Shown here: in pieces, positions 1 to 12,849 of the stretch | Layout of the letters: the number at the start of each line of letters is the position of its first letter | Numbering within the stretch: position 1 is the stretch's first letter | Assembly: GCA_052327205.1 (NCBI GenBank) | Contig: CM126207.1 | Location: 249,612,001 to 249,655,346, forward strand | Length of the DNA stretch: 43,346 bases | Source of the DNA: Somniosus microcephalus | Taxonomy: Eukaryota | Reading direction: 5' to 3' | The notes under the pieces: generated by a model | Told to the model about the DNA's origin: nothing | Database searches by the model: none | What the model saw: the letters and a program-made list of their open reading frames with translations, nothing else | Made by a program: the position numbers and the translations under genes

Positions 1-3000
1 CTTAAGGCAGCAGCAGGAACTGACAATTTATGAAGATTCATCAATCAAACATTTTATTAACTAAATGTGAATCCTGATACAAATCTTTAATCATGAAGCA
101 ACAAAAAACAAATAAGTTTTATTTTATTACAAATGTAGGATATGAACAGAGATTCATTGGATGAGCTTCTCAATATTGAGGCAGTCCTAATTTTAACTAG
201 AATACACAGGAATCATACATTTTTATTATATCTTCAAAAACTGTTATTAATAGGTTATGCTTTGCCTGGTCCAAGCCAACCTTCAGGCAGAATATATTAA
301 GCAGTATCAAAGAATTTGCTTGTTGAGACACTTTTGTGCTGATGATTGAATTCATAGAGTTTTTACTAATTAAAGTGGGCTTGATTGGCAGACAGAGAGA
401 TCAGTATCAGTGGGAAGATCCTTGAATTAAGCAGCAGTGTGACGAAAGCTGATGGGTGGCTTTGTCAGCGGACATTTGGGAAATGACCACTGCAAATTCA
501 ATCACAGCTGGGGGTCAGGGCTGCGTTTGCATGTTTTATTTATTTCACAGTCATGGCTATCTCTTTGTGTCTTGCTTCAGACCCTGAAGTTGCTCTGCAG
601 CTCCCAGACCATATTGTTACACCTCTGACACAATGCAGCCTACATTGTTTGAGGGAAACCTCCACTGCCAGAAAGCAAATATATGCAGGCAATTAAACAC
701 GTTTAGTAATGCGAGTCATTTAATGCCATGCAAGTCCCAATTTAACATTTTGAAGAGAAATACTTCAAGATGTAAAGAAAAATAGGTTTAGAATGTACAA
801 CAGTAGAATTAGTGCATTTACCTACTTTCATACAGTGATAATAGAATTGTAACATGTAGGATTAGTAAATATAATAGCTGACTGCAGGAATAATGAATAT
901 ATTTGCCAGAGAAAATGCACTGGAACAATTATGAATATAAAAAAAACTTTACAAAAGAAAAACACTCCAAAATTGCAGGGGCAGTAGTTGTTTCTAAAAT
1001 TGAGAATTGCCTCCTAATGACCTTAACACTTGGTTATACTAAATCAGGTCAAAACACAGAAATCATTAAATATTATTCTTATTTCAGCTTCTAATTGTGA
1101 ACCATCAACTCCATCACTTGTGAAACCTGCACCAAACTTGCCGTTTCATTAACAACATTCACAGCAAAAAGCACGCTGAAATATAATTGCATAAAGTGGC
1201 CATTTCAATTGCTTTCCACTATTCAATACGATGGAAATAACGCATTGAAATTAAATCTCAAGAATAATTAAAGCACACAAGTAATGTGGTGTTTGCCAAC
1301 TAACTGACAATCTCCTTTTTCAACTGAGCAGTTCGTCTTCATCATTTAAGAATAGACAGACAGAAAGATGCAATTGTTTCCCTTGTTGTCGGGACATTGA
1401 TCCACCTCCCGTCTGTTGGTCTCAGAGGTGAGGGCAGGTCCCCTCGGAACATTTTGCTACTTGAGTATGTCAGCGAGGCTGCATTTAATCATGAGCTAAA
1501 TTACTACTTATTGAGAAACAGGTATTGGCTTCTGTATTCAGCATTGGCGGCTCCCCAGTACTTAAACAAGACCAGTTGCTAATGTCAAGCCACTAGGGAA
1601 AACCTCAGACCTGTCCACTGACCATTAGCCCCTGATAAAATGGACGATAAACTTGATAGGGTGGGCTGCAGGACACTGGACATTCAGTGTTGACAGTGTA
1701 TGAATGGTTAAGTGCTAACCACAGTGCATCGCCCCTGGGTTCACGTTACAATCAGATAAATGCTCATCCCCTGAAAGCATTATTTAACACTTAAAAATAT
1801 AGCAAGGTTTAAGAACCTGAGCAATTCTGCACAATATGTCAAAAGGCTTTCAAGAGAAATGAAACCGTTTACATTTACAAATTGTCCACTGTGGCTGGTT
1901 GGGATCTATAAGACATTTAACAAAAACCTTTTAATGGAGCTGACTTTTACTCATACAAAAATAATTCGCAACCTTCCGACATCATCAAGTCTGTATTTCC
2001 CCAAATAAATGATTTCTGCGCACTTGGAAAGCATGTATTTTATTTCAGATATCCAAGAAAGTTATCAAACATTTTGACTTGCACTAAACAAACTAAGAGA
2101 CGGATTGATGCTCTCAAAATGAGGCTAAAAGTGAAAAATAGTTTTCTTCACATTGGGTATAATTTCAAAACAATATTAAAAGGAATTCTCTTTTCATAAT
2201 TGTAGTTAGTTATTTTCTTTGTTATTTTCTAGTGAAATTGCTATTACTTGAATTTATCAGTACAGCTTCCTTTAGAGTGAAGATTAACTAATCCTGCAGT
2301 TATGTAAAAAACAAGGCAATATTTTAAATAAAGCTTAATTAATTGTTTTAAAACCCTAGGATACCACTTAATCTGATATTATCCACTACGACCTTTTTCT
2401 TTCCAATTTAGCATGGAGGCCTTGTTATTCCATTTTTCCCACACCTTTCGGGTTCCATATGAATAAAATACAAATAACGTCACTCCAGCACTCTTTCACA
2501 TTAAACTCGATAATTACCTTCATTGTCCCTTTTAATGCATCTCTTATATTCTAAGTTGTAATTTTGATACTCAATCTCCCAAATGAATAATGTTGATATC
2601 ATTTCATAAAGTTTTGCAGTGTTGTAACAGAAATTATCTAACACCAATGTAACAAGCACTTTAATCCTGTTGGCTGATAAACTTTCGGTTATGGTGCAGC
2701 GCGTTTTTAAAATGTCCTCGCTGGGGATACAACAAAAGCAGACATACATGTGTGGCACGTGTTTACTGTGCGCTGTGGTACTCAGCAACATCTATGTGTG
2801 TTCCTTTTTTCTTTTCGTTACCTAGCATGATAGCACAGAATAAAATAAACTGAACATATAAATGAATGTTTTCTGTCATTCAGGAATAATGTGTGATATA
2901 CAGTGGCAAACAATGACCAAATATGTTTAAAAAACTTTCAGATAGAAATTTTGTTGGGTTGAAAGGCAAAATAAATCCTACAGAAAGTGATTTTGAAACA

Positions 3001-4409
3001 ATGCACATGTTGCATTTTGCAAATTCTTGTGTGTTGGAGGTGTATTAAAAAATTAACAGCATTTTACCCGCAAATGTATTTACCTCCAATCATTTCAGTT
3101 AGTTGATGATAAAACAATCACACCAACTTTTAAACTACAATCTTTTTGGAATAAACGGACCTGATGGATATTTCACACCTTAGGATAAAGGAGCAAAATA
3201 CGATGTCCCAATGATTACATTGTTATATATGCAGTTTAGAGAATGATTTAAAATATTTTCAAATGCTAAAGAGAAAAAGATTGGGCTGTTCTAGTTAACT
3301 TATTATTTACTTTTGCAGGGTATTTTCTGTATATTTGGTAAAATATCTTCATTGTTGTTCTTTTAACTCCAACACAATAGTAACATTCTGTATGGTTACC
3401 ACTATTTTAGATTGTAACAAATTTAAATGACAGTATTTTGATATTAGCAAAATTGTAAGTGTTTTAAATTTTCCATAAACATTTTCATATTAACACCATG
3501 GTATATTTCACCTCCGTTCAGGGTTTTAGAGATAATGGGTTAAAGAATTCATTTTCCTAGCAACACCTGCTACACTATCAGCTTTCAGTGGCAGAGGCCA
3601 TTTTCATTTATGTTTTTGCTTATTCACTAAATATGTATTTTTGGACTCAAACTAAAAGAAAATGAGTCATGTATTTAAACATTTTATTACTGCGATGATC
3701 TTTCTATTATACAATCCTAAGTGCAAAGAGCATTTGGAAGGATTTTTTTTCGTCGTATATATGCAGTAACTCTTTGAACAGTGAATTCCCTCAGCACACA
3801 CAGTACCACGCGACGTAGGACTTGTTCCAAATTAATAATAGAACACTCAAAGCCTGTTCAAAATCTAAATTCCATGTAGCCATGCCATAGTAAAAGAATT
3901 ATGAAAAGGATGCAAATTTTTCTTTTTAAATTATACATTCTAGTATAGTCCAAATGCACTAATTACAGTAACCTTAAGTTGAATGTTGGCACAATATAGG
4001 AATCATACTCTAGACATTAGGGGGTTAAGTAAATAATTTTTTTTTTGCTGTTCTGGTCGATGTGTTTAGTTCCCTTCCTGCCAAGACTCATTTTGCTATG
4101 CTATCTTGTGAGAGACACATATGGTGCAGTGAAATTGCTATCTATGAAAACATGTCCTGGCCTGTTGAGACATCATCAAATAAGATTAAAGCAAAGTAAA
4201 AATAAAAAGATAGACTGAGTGATTTTTTTTTGCTTCTTCTTGAGCACATCGATAAAAGTCAGAGAGCACTTGGTGAGGCTTTAGGGTTTTGGTTCTTCCT
4301 CTTATAAAAGCCAACTAACACAATGAATCTAGAACAAAAGCAACAGAAATAGCCCAAAGCTAGGATTAAGGAAATGTGATAATTTAAAATCGTTTACATA
4401 TTAACCTTC

Positions 4410-4915
4410 GCCTTGTGACAGTGGTCAAGCTCAAGCTCACAACATAAATTATCTCCAATTACTTCAAAGTCAGCCATTGCCTGTCATCTAAATTTCACCA
4501 TCTGTTCGCTTTGAAAACAGGCAATCCTGCCTGTCAACTTGACTTTCCATTTTCCCTTGCTGGACCGGCACCAGAAGGGGAGAAGGGTTTATGGTTCTCG
4601 GGAGAAAACTTTTTTCCTCTGGTTAAGAGGGGAGGGAGGGGTTCAAGTGGAAAGAATTTAAATTGGGGCGGGAGAAACAATTTGCATAGCATCTGACCCC
4701 TTCTGTCAAATGTTATTCATAAGGCTGCTTAGTAAATTGAGCTGTCAGTGAAGTCTGAGGCTACTTTCTCCTTTAAATTATACTTTGCAAAGTGTCGAAA
4801 GTGGAGACTAAACTTAGGTAACCCAGGACTTCTTGTAGTGCTGGATCAGCCAAGGTAATAAGCAACACCTTTAAAATTATTTCACACAATATGTTCCCCG
4901 ATTCCTGTCAGGAAG
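4410..4915. promoter_or_regulatory. Candidate developmental enhancer (TALE/Meis, TCF, Hox and Sox-Oct motif cluster)
   Basis: Six TGACAG/CTGTCA sites (4416, 4481, 4531, 4703, 4742, 4905). TCF-like CTTCAAAG at 4462 and CTTTGAA at 4509. TTTATGG at 4588. Overlapping AACAAT/ATTTGCAT at 4676-4687. No repeat signature. Confidence 0.5.
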
Positions 4916-5361
4916 ACGACATTTTGTATTTCAACTGATGTTATTTATAACATTAACTTTCTCTCATTTTGGAGTCCAACAATGTATGTGTGGGGGGAGA
5001 AAAGGGGCAATTGGCACTAAGTGGGCACTTGCTCCTGTTTTGATCAAACTACCCCCTCCTGTTAGTCCATCCTGAGCATTACTGCAGCCAGAGAGCTGAA
5101 AGCTGTAAGAGAGCTGAGGTTCAAGCAAACCATCCCTGTTCTCCATTACCAGGGCTGACAATATATCTGAAATGAAGACATCATTATGCCAAGCCAAAAA
5201 TTCAATCCTACTTATTGATCAAACATAAAACCTACAAAATGTGCTTTCTTTATTTCCGACTGACATAAATAGTTAATTGATTGATTTTAAATATTTGACA
5301 AATATTAACCTGCTTTGAAAATTACACTGTAGAATCCAAACTAGATATTTAAAGAAATGAT

Positions 5362-6032
5362 GGCCTGAGATTGCTTGGATCGTTCTACCCGTCCCCTACT
5401 ATAATTTCAATGGGAGATTGGTGGAACCCTCGAGGAAATAGGAGGGACCCAGTCATGTCAGGTCTCCATCATTTCTTCAAGTTTCTACGTTGCCTTGTAA
5501 GGGGCAGATCTTGCATCCACCCCATACAAGACAAATGATGGGCCGGGGCAGGGACTTCCTAATCCGGAAGTTCCCGCTCCTGGCCCTGAATGGGAACTTG
5601 GTGCATCAGTGGCAGCTACTACACCAAGAAAACTGAGGCATACCGGCCTCCCAAATGTACATGTGGGCTCCACTGGAGGGATCCTGACCTGGTAAGCAGC
5701 TTTAACGCCCAAAGACTTTTTTTTTTTAAAACAATATTGCTTCCTGGATTGGCCCCTCTTCTCGGGTACTGATAGGAATGGTGGCAGGGTCAGGGAGGAG
5801 AGGCCCTGGGCAACCACCCAGCTATGGGAGGTTGGCTGCCCCAGTTTCATGGTGCATGAGACAGGTGGGCACCAAAAAAGCACCCTAAGTGGCACTTGTG
5901 TCCAAAGGACCATGCAAATGAATTGCCCGCCCACAGATCCCACAAACTCTGATGGGGGCTAGTGTTGGAGGGCACCAGCAGATTCGATCTTGGTGCAACA
6001 ACTGGGATAACAGCGCATGAGATTTTCGGGCC
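5362..6032. mobile_element. Degenerate PIF/Harbinger-like MITE
   Basis: GC-richer block with imperfect TIRs GGCCTGAGATT...GATTTTCGGGCC. It is flanked by a 3-bp direct repeat GAT (5359-5361 and 6033-6035) and has an internal GGTAAG plus T-tract like the other MITEs. Confidence 0.6.
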
Positions 6033-6477
6033 GATGTTTTATCAGAATCATGAAAAATTCTAACAATTTATGTTGTAAAGGTTTGAGTTCTGAAATGCAA
6101 TTTAAGTAGACAAAAGCCAAGTACTGTGTCTTAAAGTGCATGTGAACTGACATTTGGGTGTAAATATGTTTAATAATAATATTCTGTAACATATATTCTC
6201 TTCAATATACTCAATAGTGTTAAATTTGGAGCTTATTATGTTATTAACAAAATGATGTACCCATTGCAGAATGTTTTCAATGTTCAATCAAGCATCTTTA
6301 ATTAGAGTTTAAAAGGAGGAACAAGATTAAACTTTTCATTCTATTCTCACCTAATTATTGCATTCCTGTTATAGCTGCTGCAATTTCATTCAAATGCTTA
6401 AGCAATTAGGTTTAACTGGAGTTCAGGAATGAGAGGCACCAAACAAATTAAAATGATCAGAGCTGCTGATATGACCA

Positions 6478-6496
6478 TTACCACTAGATGTCGCTA
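6478..6496 (+). promoter_or_regulatory. CTCF binding motif (forward)
   Basis: CCACTAGATGTCGCT at 6481-6495 closely matches the CTCF core CCAC(C/T)AG(A/G)(T/G)GGCGC. Confidence 0.6.
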
Positions 6497-7496
6497 ATGG
6501 CGAATTCACATTGCAATTTTTTAGCATTGTAGCGAAGCAGCTAATGTGGTAGTAAAACAGTGGCGTCAGATCCCTCAAGACCGCAACGGAAAGCCCTGGC
6601 AGTTGGGAGTTTCACAGCAGAAGTAGGAATCTCTTGGTGCAGTACGACTCCGATTTCATGCAGGTCGCAATGCCAGAAAGGACACTGCTCAGCAGCAAAG
6701 TATCATGACACAATGATGTCACCCGATTTGTGAGCCAGCCTATTAATCAGGACACAGTGGAAGTGCCAGTATTAACTGACTCTCCATTAACTATTCAAAC
6801 TCAAGTCTGAATTGCTTTCCCCTTCCCTTTGTGCAGTTAAATCGCTTTGAAAATAATTTCAGAATTGCACACATTTATAATTACAAATGAGAGATCTGAG
6901 TCATTATTTCCCCCAGGCAAATAAAACTGAAATATGTCAGAAATTGACAATTTTTAAATTCTGGGTGTTTCAGTGGAGTAAATTTCCAATGGACTTGACA
7001 GCTTTGCTCATCTAATCATTAGTCCCCTGTTGAAGTTGACCATTCCAGCCCCTCATTATCTTTGTTGCAATGCTTCTCTTCACTTCCCTTCTAAATCTGT
7101 AGTTAGAGAATCACAGGGGATTTGTATGAAGTCGAGAACTTTGCCATCTCATACCTCTTTCAGTGTGCAAGCAGATTTCAGATGTAGCAGCATTCACGTT
7201 CATATTTGTGTTCTTCCTCGTTCTAAAAGCAGAACAATTTAGTCAAGGGACTGCTTGGGGACAGGGGGAGTTGGAGGGAAAATAAGTATCACATTTTCTC
7301 TACTTTTTGCAAACAATGTGCAGTGGCTAAAGTAGGTAAGGTGTAAATAGCCTTTGAGAGGACAGGAATAGTTGGGGCAAGCAGCAGCCATTTTCCTGGT
7401 ATAATGGAAATTTGGAATGTGGCCTGTGTGCATATTTAGTAATTAAGACTAAGAATTGAGTTGGATCTTGGATCAAGGTCTGAGGTGGGCCACTAG

Positions 7497-7636
7497 CTGA
7501 TAAGGGAGTGAAGGGTTATGGGGAGCGGGCGGGGAAGTGGCTTTGAGCCCTAGATCAGCCATGATCTTATTGAATGGCGGAGCAGGCTCAAGGAGCCAAG
7601 TGGCCTATTCCTGCTCCTATTTCTTATGTTCTTATG
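7497..7636 (+). mobile_element. CR1 LINE 3' end (HER1-like tail)
   Basis: AAGGGTTATGGGGAGCGGGCGGGGAAGTGG...GATCAGCCATGATCTTATTGAATGGCGGAGCAGGCTC...GGCCTATTCCTGCTCCTATTTCTTATGTTCTTATG is the typical shark CR1 3' UTR, ending in an 8-bp tandem tail. Confidence 0.9.
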
Positions 7637-7649
7637 TAACCAACACGGG

Positions 7650-8340
7650 GGCCTAGAAATTCAGTGCCCTTAGCGCCGATTTTGCGGCGCTAGAGGGCCT
7701 AGCGCTGCAATTGGCGCCGGCGCCTAAATTGCCTGGGGCCCTTCCGCCGTGGTAGACCGGTAGCGCTGCGCCGGCACCGATGACGTCATCGGTGTGCGCA
7801 GCGTCCCGGTTGCCATGCCGACGGGCCCCAGCGCCGAAATTCAGTTGCGGCCGCCTCGCCTGTGGCAGCCGCAACTAAGACTCTGGCAACAGAGTCCAAC
7901 ATGTTTTTGCGCCGGCGCATTAAAGGCCCCGCGGCGGCCAGCCGCTTTCCCGCCGGCCGCCTGGCCGCAGCTCCCTCCCCGGACTTCCCCCCCCCACCCC
8001 CCCCCCCGGAACAGAAGCAAGCCCGGCACTTGTCCGAGGTGCCGGGCTCATTTTTAAAAAGATTTTCGCGGGCCGCGGCCGGGTGCAGGCAGCTCCTCCT
8101 TAAGGGAAGGAGGAGGCCTGCACTTCCCGAACCTGCCGCACCGCAGCGGGCGCCGCAGCGCCGGAATAGCGCCGAAATTCAGCGCGTTGCGCCAGTTTTC
8201 AGGCGCAAACAGCTCTCAGCAGCGCCGGCAGCCGTTTGGGCGCAGAACTATTGAATTTTGGGCCCGACCAGCGCGACTTAGCTCCGGCACTAACTTCCGG
8301 CGCTAAAGCCCTGGCTGCGCCAAAACTCAATTTCTAGGCC
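7650..8340. mobile_element. Young GC-rich MITE (non-autonomous DNA transposon, PIF/Harbinger-like)
   Basis: Perfect 12-bp TIR GGCCTAGAAATT...AATTTCTAGGCC, flanked by GGG/GGG (alternatively CGGGG/CGGGG with an 11-bp TIR). CpG-rich, with many subterminal GCGCC/GGCGC motifs and a 20-bp perfect palindrome at 7775-7794. Confidence 0.85.
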
Positions 8341-8851
8341 GGGGTCTCAGCAGAATTGCAGAATTCAAAACCTTTAGTCTGTGCCACTAGACTTAACAGA
8401 ATTGGATGCAAAGCAAATAGCCCTTTGCCATGCTTGGTGGGAGAGATCAGATTTGGTCCACATCTTCTTTGGATAATTGCTCTTCTGAATGTGGGTGTTA
8501 GTTCACTGATTTGAACCAAATCGTTCATTTACTCTCTTTGTTAATCAATGTAATTCTTAGTGGACACTTGTAATCAGCTAGTGGTATGACAAGGAAACAG
8601 AAATTCCCCAGTTAGCAAAAGCTACCTATAAACGACACAGTGTACTGAAGAATAAGAGATTCACATCACGGGCCGCTCTAGTTAATGGTTCCCACTTACA
8701 GACCAAAGCTATGGATCCAGGAAGGTTTGCATCAAAGTTCCTGGTTATGGTACATACTTTTGCTACAAATGATTGAGGTCCATTTTAAGTTTCCCAGTTC
8801 TAGTGTTTCCACAATAGATTTTCTGTAGTTGTAAAATAGTAAATAATTATT

Positions 8852-9440
8852 GGGGGTGATAATGGGACGCAAATGGCTTTGCGACTGGGCATGGCATTGA
8901 CATTGACTCCCGCCATATTTGGCGGGGGGTTTGCGGCGGCGCTACGGTATTGCGCCCCAATCACCTTCGCCCGGAGATCGTGACGTCATCGCCATACGCA
9001 TCACTCCGGATCCAAATTTGACTTCCGCCCCCTGCAGCAGCGCAGGTCAAAAACACAGACAGCTGCAGGAGGCGTGCATTGGGCAGCCGGCCGCTTCAGG
9101 GGCGATGATTAAAGGCGAGGTGGCCGAGGTAAGTTAAAAAAAAAAATGTACCTTTCCTGTTCTAGTTTTTTTCGTGGGCTCCTGTCCGTAATCGATCAGC
9201 CCGGCACTCTTTTGCGGCAGCATTGCACGGCCCAGTGTGCAGCGCTGATGAAGTCTCCGCCCCACTCTCTGACATTAGCACCCTAGGAAGGAAGTGGAGT
9301 GCTTGATATGGCACTCCACTTCCATCTTGGGGTGCTAAAACTCAATTTTGTTGTCGCCGGCACTAATTAGCGCCGGGCGCTAAAGTTAATGCCCAGGCGA
9401 TGTTAGCGCCCCAAAATGGTCAATACCGAATTTTTCCCCC
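8852..9440. mobile_element. GC-rich PIF/Harbinger-like MITE
   Basis: Termini GGGGGTGATAATGG...CCGAATTTTTCCCCC with a 3-bp TSD ATT (8849-8851 and 9441-9443). Internal hairpins at 8909-8926 and 9290-9323 (13-bp perfect stem). TGACGTCA at 8981. Confidence 0.8.
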
Positions 9441-10869
9441 ATTGTGTTTCTTTGTACAATTGAAATGCTTATTGCTTGAGGGGCCAATGGCGTTCATTCA
9501 GTAAACTCTTAGATTTAGAGTGGATTGGTATGTTTATGCATTAAACTTGTAATCAAAATATTTTTGATTGTTTAGGCTGGTAGGTATTACTCAAGTAATG
9601 AATATTTGCTAATGTTATAATTTATATTATTTTTGTTTTATTTGCATGAATTATACAGTCATATAACAATGAAATGATTGGTTACAAACGCAGATATACG
9701 TATCACAGTAGGATTAGCACATTGCAGTTCTTTCATGGGTGGGAAATATCCATGAAAGGCATTTGTGACTGATGTTGATTTTTTTTACAAGTTCAAGAAC
9801 TCTTATAATACACAGTAGTACAGATGTTTTATCGGTATACTTTAATAGACATTCTAAAATACATCATTTGATGTAGACGTTTAAGTTATAGCTACCTACG
9901 GTGGATATTTTATATTTATTGCAATAAGTTATTACAATCAAGAGCAGCAAAAACATTATCAAGCTAACACATATTGCAAGTTTTCGCAATTAATATACTT
10001 ACACAGTAAGCTTCTAATATTAGAATTTTTTCATGAAACTATCTTAACAATTATATACTGATACAGAGTTCATAAGGAGGCTGCATAACTGGGCTGCCCC
10101 GGTCCTCAATATAAAAAAATAGTGCTTTTCACCAGCCTCAAATTAAATGGTAGCTGAGTAGTCAAATATCAGTGGATATTTGCTAGAAAGGTTCCTGAAC
10201 TGTTGTCTTAGCCTGGGTGTATTCAGTCTTTATTCCATCAGCCCGTTCAGCAGTCTTGCTTTACTTCTGATCAGTTTTGCTGATAGAAAAAAACTTTAAC
10301 CCTTCATTTTAAGGATTATGTTCAGAAAGAAGATTCAAAACCCATCATAAGATTTACAGAAAAAAATATTAAATTAACCAATTGTAACCTGTAATGTTGT
10401 AGATATTTCAATAAAATTGCTGATTAGTAAAATAAAGCTACTTTCTGTGTCTCCCTGAGGCTTTTTGACAGTAGTACTGATGTAATGTTTGAAGTAAACT
10501 AGGTACTGAAATATTGGCTGTCGCCCCTGTACCAGTCTTGTTGGTTTGCTATAAATCATGCACAAGTCTACAAATCTGTCAAAAGTGTCTCTCAATCCAA
10601 TATGGTTTATACAAGTCACTAAATATGCTTTTCTAATAAATTACATAAAAATATGCAATCAGCGTCTGCATACTGAAAGGAGAAAAGTTAGCTCTTGCCC
10701 AGCTCTGTCGGATTGCAAAGAATTTGAGCTTCCTGTATGATGACGTTTTTGTTTATATACTTAAAGAAAGCTTCTTTCTTAAGCTTAGTCAAAAGTCTGC
10801 TTGTTACAGATCTGAATATTTATTTGAAAATATCTGCAAGTACAGTATATTTATTTTTTTGCATGGACC

Positions 10870-11087
10870 CTTGTGGTCTTCTCTACAAACCCCACCTATG
10901 TCACTGTGTGGTCAGCTATCAGTGGAGTGAGGTGGAATCGCAGCTGCTTTTCCTACTATCTCATCAAATTGTCACCTTGCCATTTGGAGAAAACCCAAGT
11001 GGAAATATTAGCCAAGGCTGGGACTCGAACCCAGATCTCCCAGTCCTTGGAGCACCACACTGACACATTGATCTACTGGACCACCCA
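10870..11087 (-). mobile_element. Old tRNA-derived SINE, family not identified
   Basis: Minus strand carries an A-box-like TGGTCCAGTAG (11083-11073) and a B-box GGTTCGAGTCCC (11031-11020). There is no complete cloverleaf, and the 3' boundary is approximate. Confidence 0.6.
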
Positions 11088-12849
11088 CAGAGGCTTTTGT
11101 TTAATTAAATAAGAATTAGCATTTCCAGGCAGCAATTGCCAGTCACAGATTTATGACAGAAATTAAACATTGGATTGTGATTGCAATTACACTATATACA
11201 CATATTATTGTAATTTAAAAAAAATCTATTTAGATGACACACTGTGGCAACATAATATGTTTCTTAAACAGCAGGTTAATATTTAAGTGTAACAATAAAG
11301 AGTGAATGACGAACATGGATCATTGTGCGCATGTGACTAAATTACAACAGAGATGAGGTTAGCTTTCTCATCATTTATTTTCGTACATGTGCAATAATAT
11401 GGCTTATCATGAATTTATTAACTGGTAGACTGCTTTTGATCAGATGCAATAGTGAATGGGTATTTAAAATGGAGTTTTAAAATTTGGGGTAATATAGGAC
11501 TAAAAAAGCAGTTGTAAAGTGGTCCAAAAGTATTATCATGCACAGGTACGTATTTTGATTCTGACCTGCAAAACTTATCAACATAAAGCAAATATAGAAG
11601 ATCATATAATAATAATACCAATTTATTAACACAACATTTACTAGTAGCTGCAAAACAATTAAAGATTGCCAAAAATGTAGATCAGTTAACACCAAAGTCC
11701 ATTTGTTGTGAGGGCTGTCACTCTGCTACACCGTGATGATGCCAAGAAGAAACAGAACAGGAAATAGGAGGCAAAATGAAGCCAGCACTGTAGTCTACTC
11801 AGTCTTGTCTGTAGACTCTGGATCAGAAGTCAGGAGGGTTCCTGGATCAAAGAGGGTCATTCCTGGAAGAGAAAAGGAGGAGGAGGAAGTCAGAAGGCTG
11901 GGTCACAATAGGACCAAAAGGGAAAAGAGAAGGGGAGTAGGATGGGAAACAGTGTTTTGCCATCTAATGGACAACCATTTACCAGTTCATGAATTTATGG
12001 TAAATTAGATTTCCATATCAATTGTAATGGCAAAGATGTTTAAAATACGGTTCTAAACTCCTTAAAGTTCCACCCTAATTGATTTGACTACCAACAAGAT
12101 AAAGTGAAGTATCACAGTAATTGAAAGTCTACTCTTGTATAAAGTTCTAGAGCCTGACCACTGTTGTCTTGCCATGATTGTGTGGAGTCCCACTTCCCCC
12201 AACACCTATCCAGACAAACACTACTGGTGACAAAATTACCTCTAATCTACTGAATATGAGCAGCCTGTGTATACACCCCAAATCATGAATTTCATCCCAT
12301 GATCAATGTGCTTGGCCTAACTCAACACCACAAACTTGTAGAGCATACACACAAAGCATCTAAGGGCTCTTATCTGGGGAGATCTGTTCCAAATATGTCT
12401 CTGAGCCTCTGGGAGAAAACATATGTTTCTGAATATTCTGAACTAAAAAGAAATGCAATAAGGTATGAAAGACTAAGGTTTTCTTTTGACCTTACTGTGA
12501 GTGAAATGTAATAGTTTAAAGGATTAGGACAAATAAATGCTCCAAGACTTTAAGGAGATGGAAGTCCCAGGCAAAGGCCTTGTAAGACCTAAGTTTAGCA
12601 GCTTGGTCTCTAAGAGCTAAGGGAGTTTCTTGCTTGCTAAGTAGCAAGAAAATTAATCTATATGCTAATTCTGTTACACTTAGATCTGGGTGGTTAAAGG
12701 AAGATGTTCCTAAACTCAAAGAAGGAGTACTGAATACTTGACAGTGGAAGTCTGCAGACCCAGAGGGAGCCTGCTAACGTGTTTACAAATCATTTATTTT
12801 GGTACTGGAAGATTCACTTCATAACTTGTCTAAAACTTGTTTTTGGATG

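Noticed and set aside
5485-5943. Longest ORF in the window (152 aa)
   Set aside because: It lies inside a degenerate MITE, crosses a T-tract, and has no recognisable protein motif.
6498-7051. Possible old MITE (shares GACCGCAAC with 43091 and has TGATGTCA)
   Set aside because: I could not define convincing TIRs or a TSD.
7653-8254. Overlapping Ala/Pro/Arg-rich ORFs and a possible CpG-island promoter
   Set aside because: They lie entirely within a TIR-bounded MITE. The open frames reflect high GC and have no recognisable domain.
12507-12678. TGTAATAG...CTGTTACA possible short LTR
   Set aside because: There is no target duplication (GAAA versus CTTA). The wider 11700-12850 block looks repeat-derived, but I cannot classify it.
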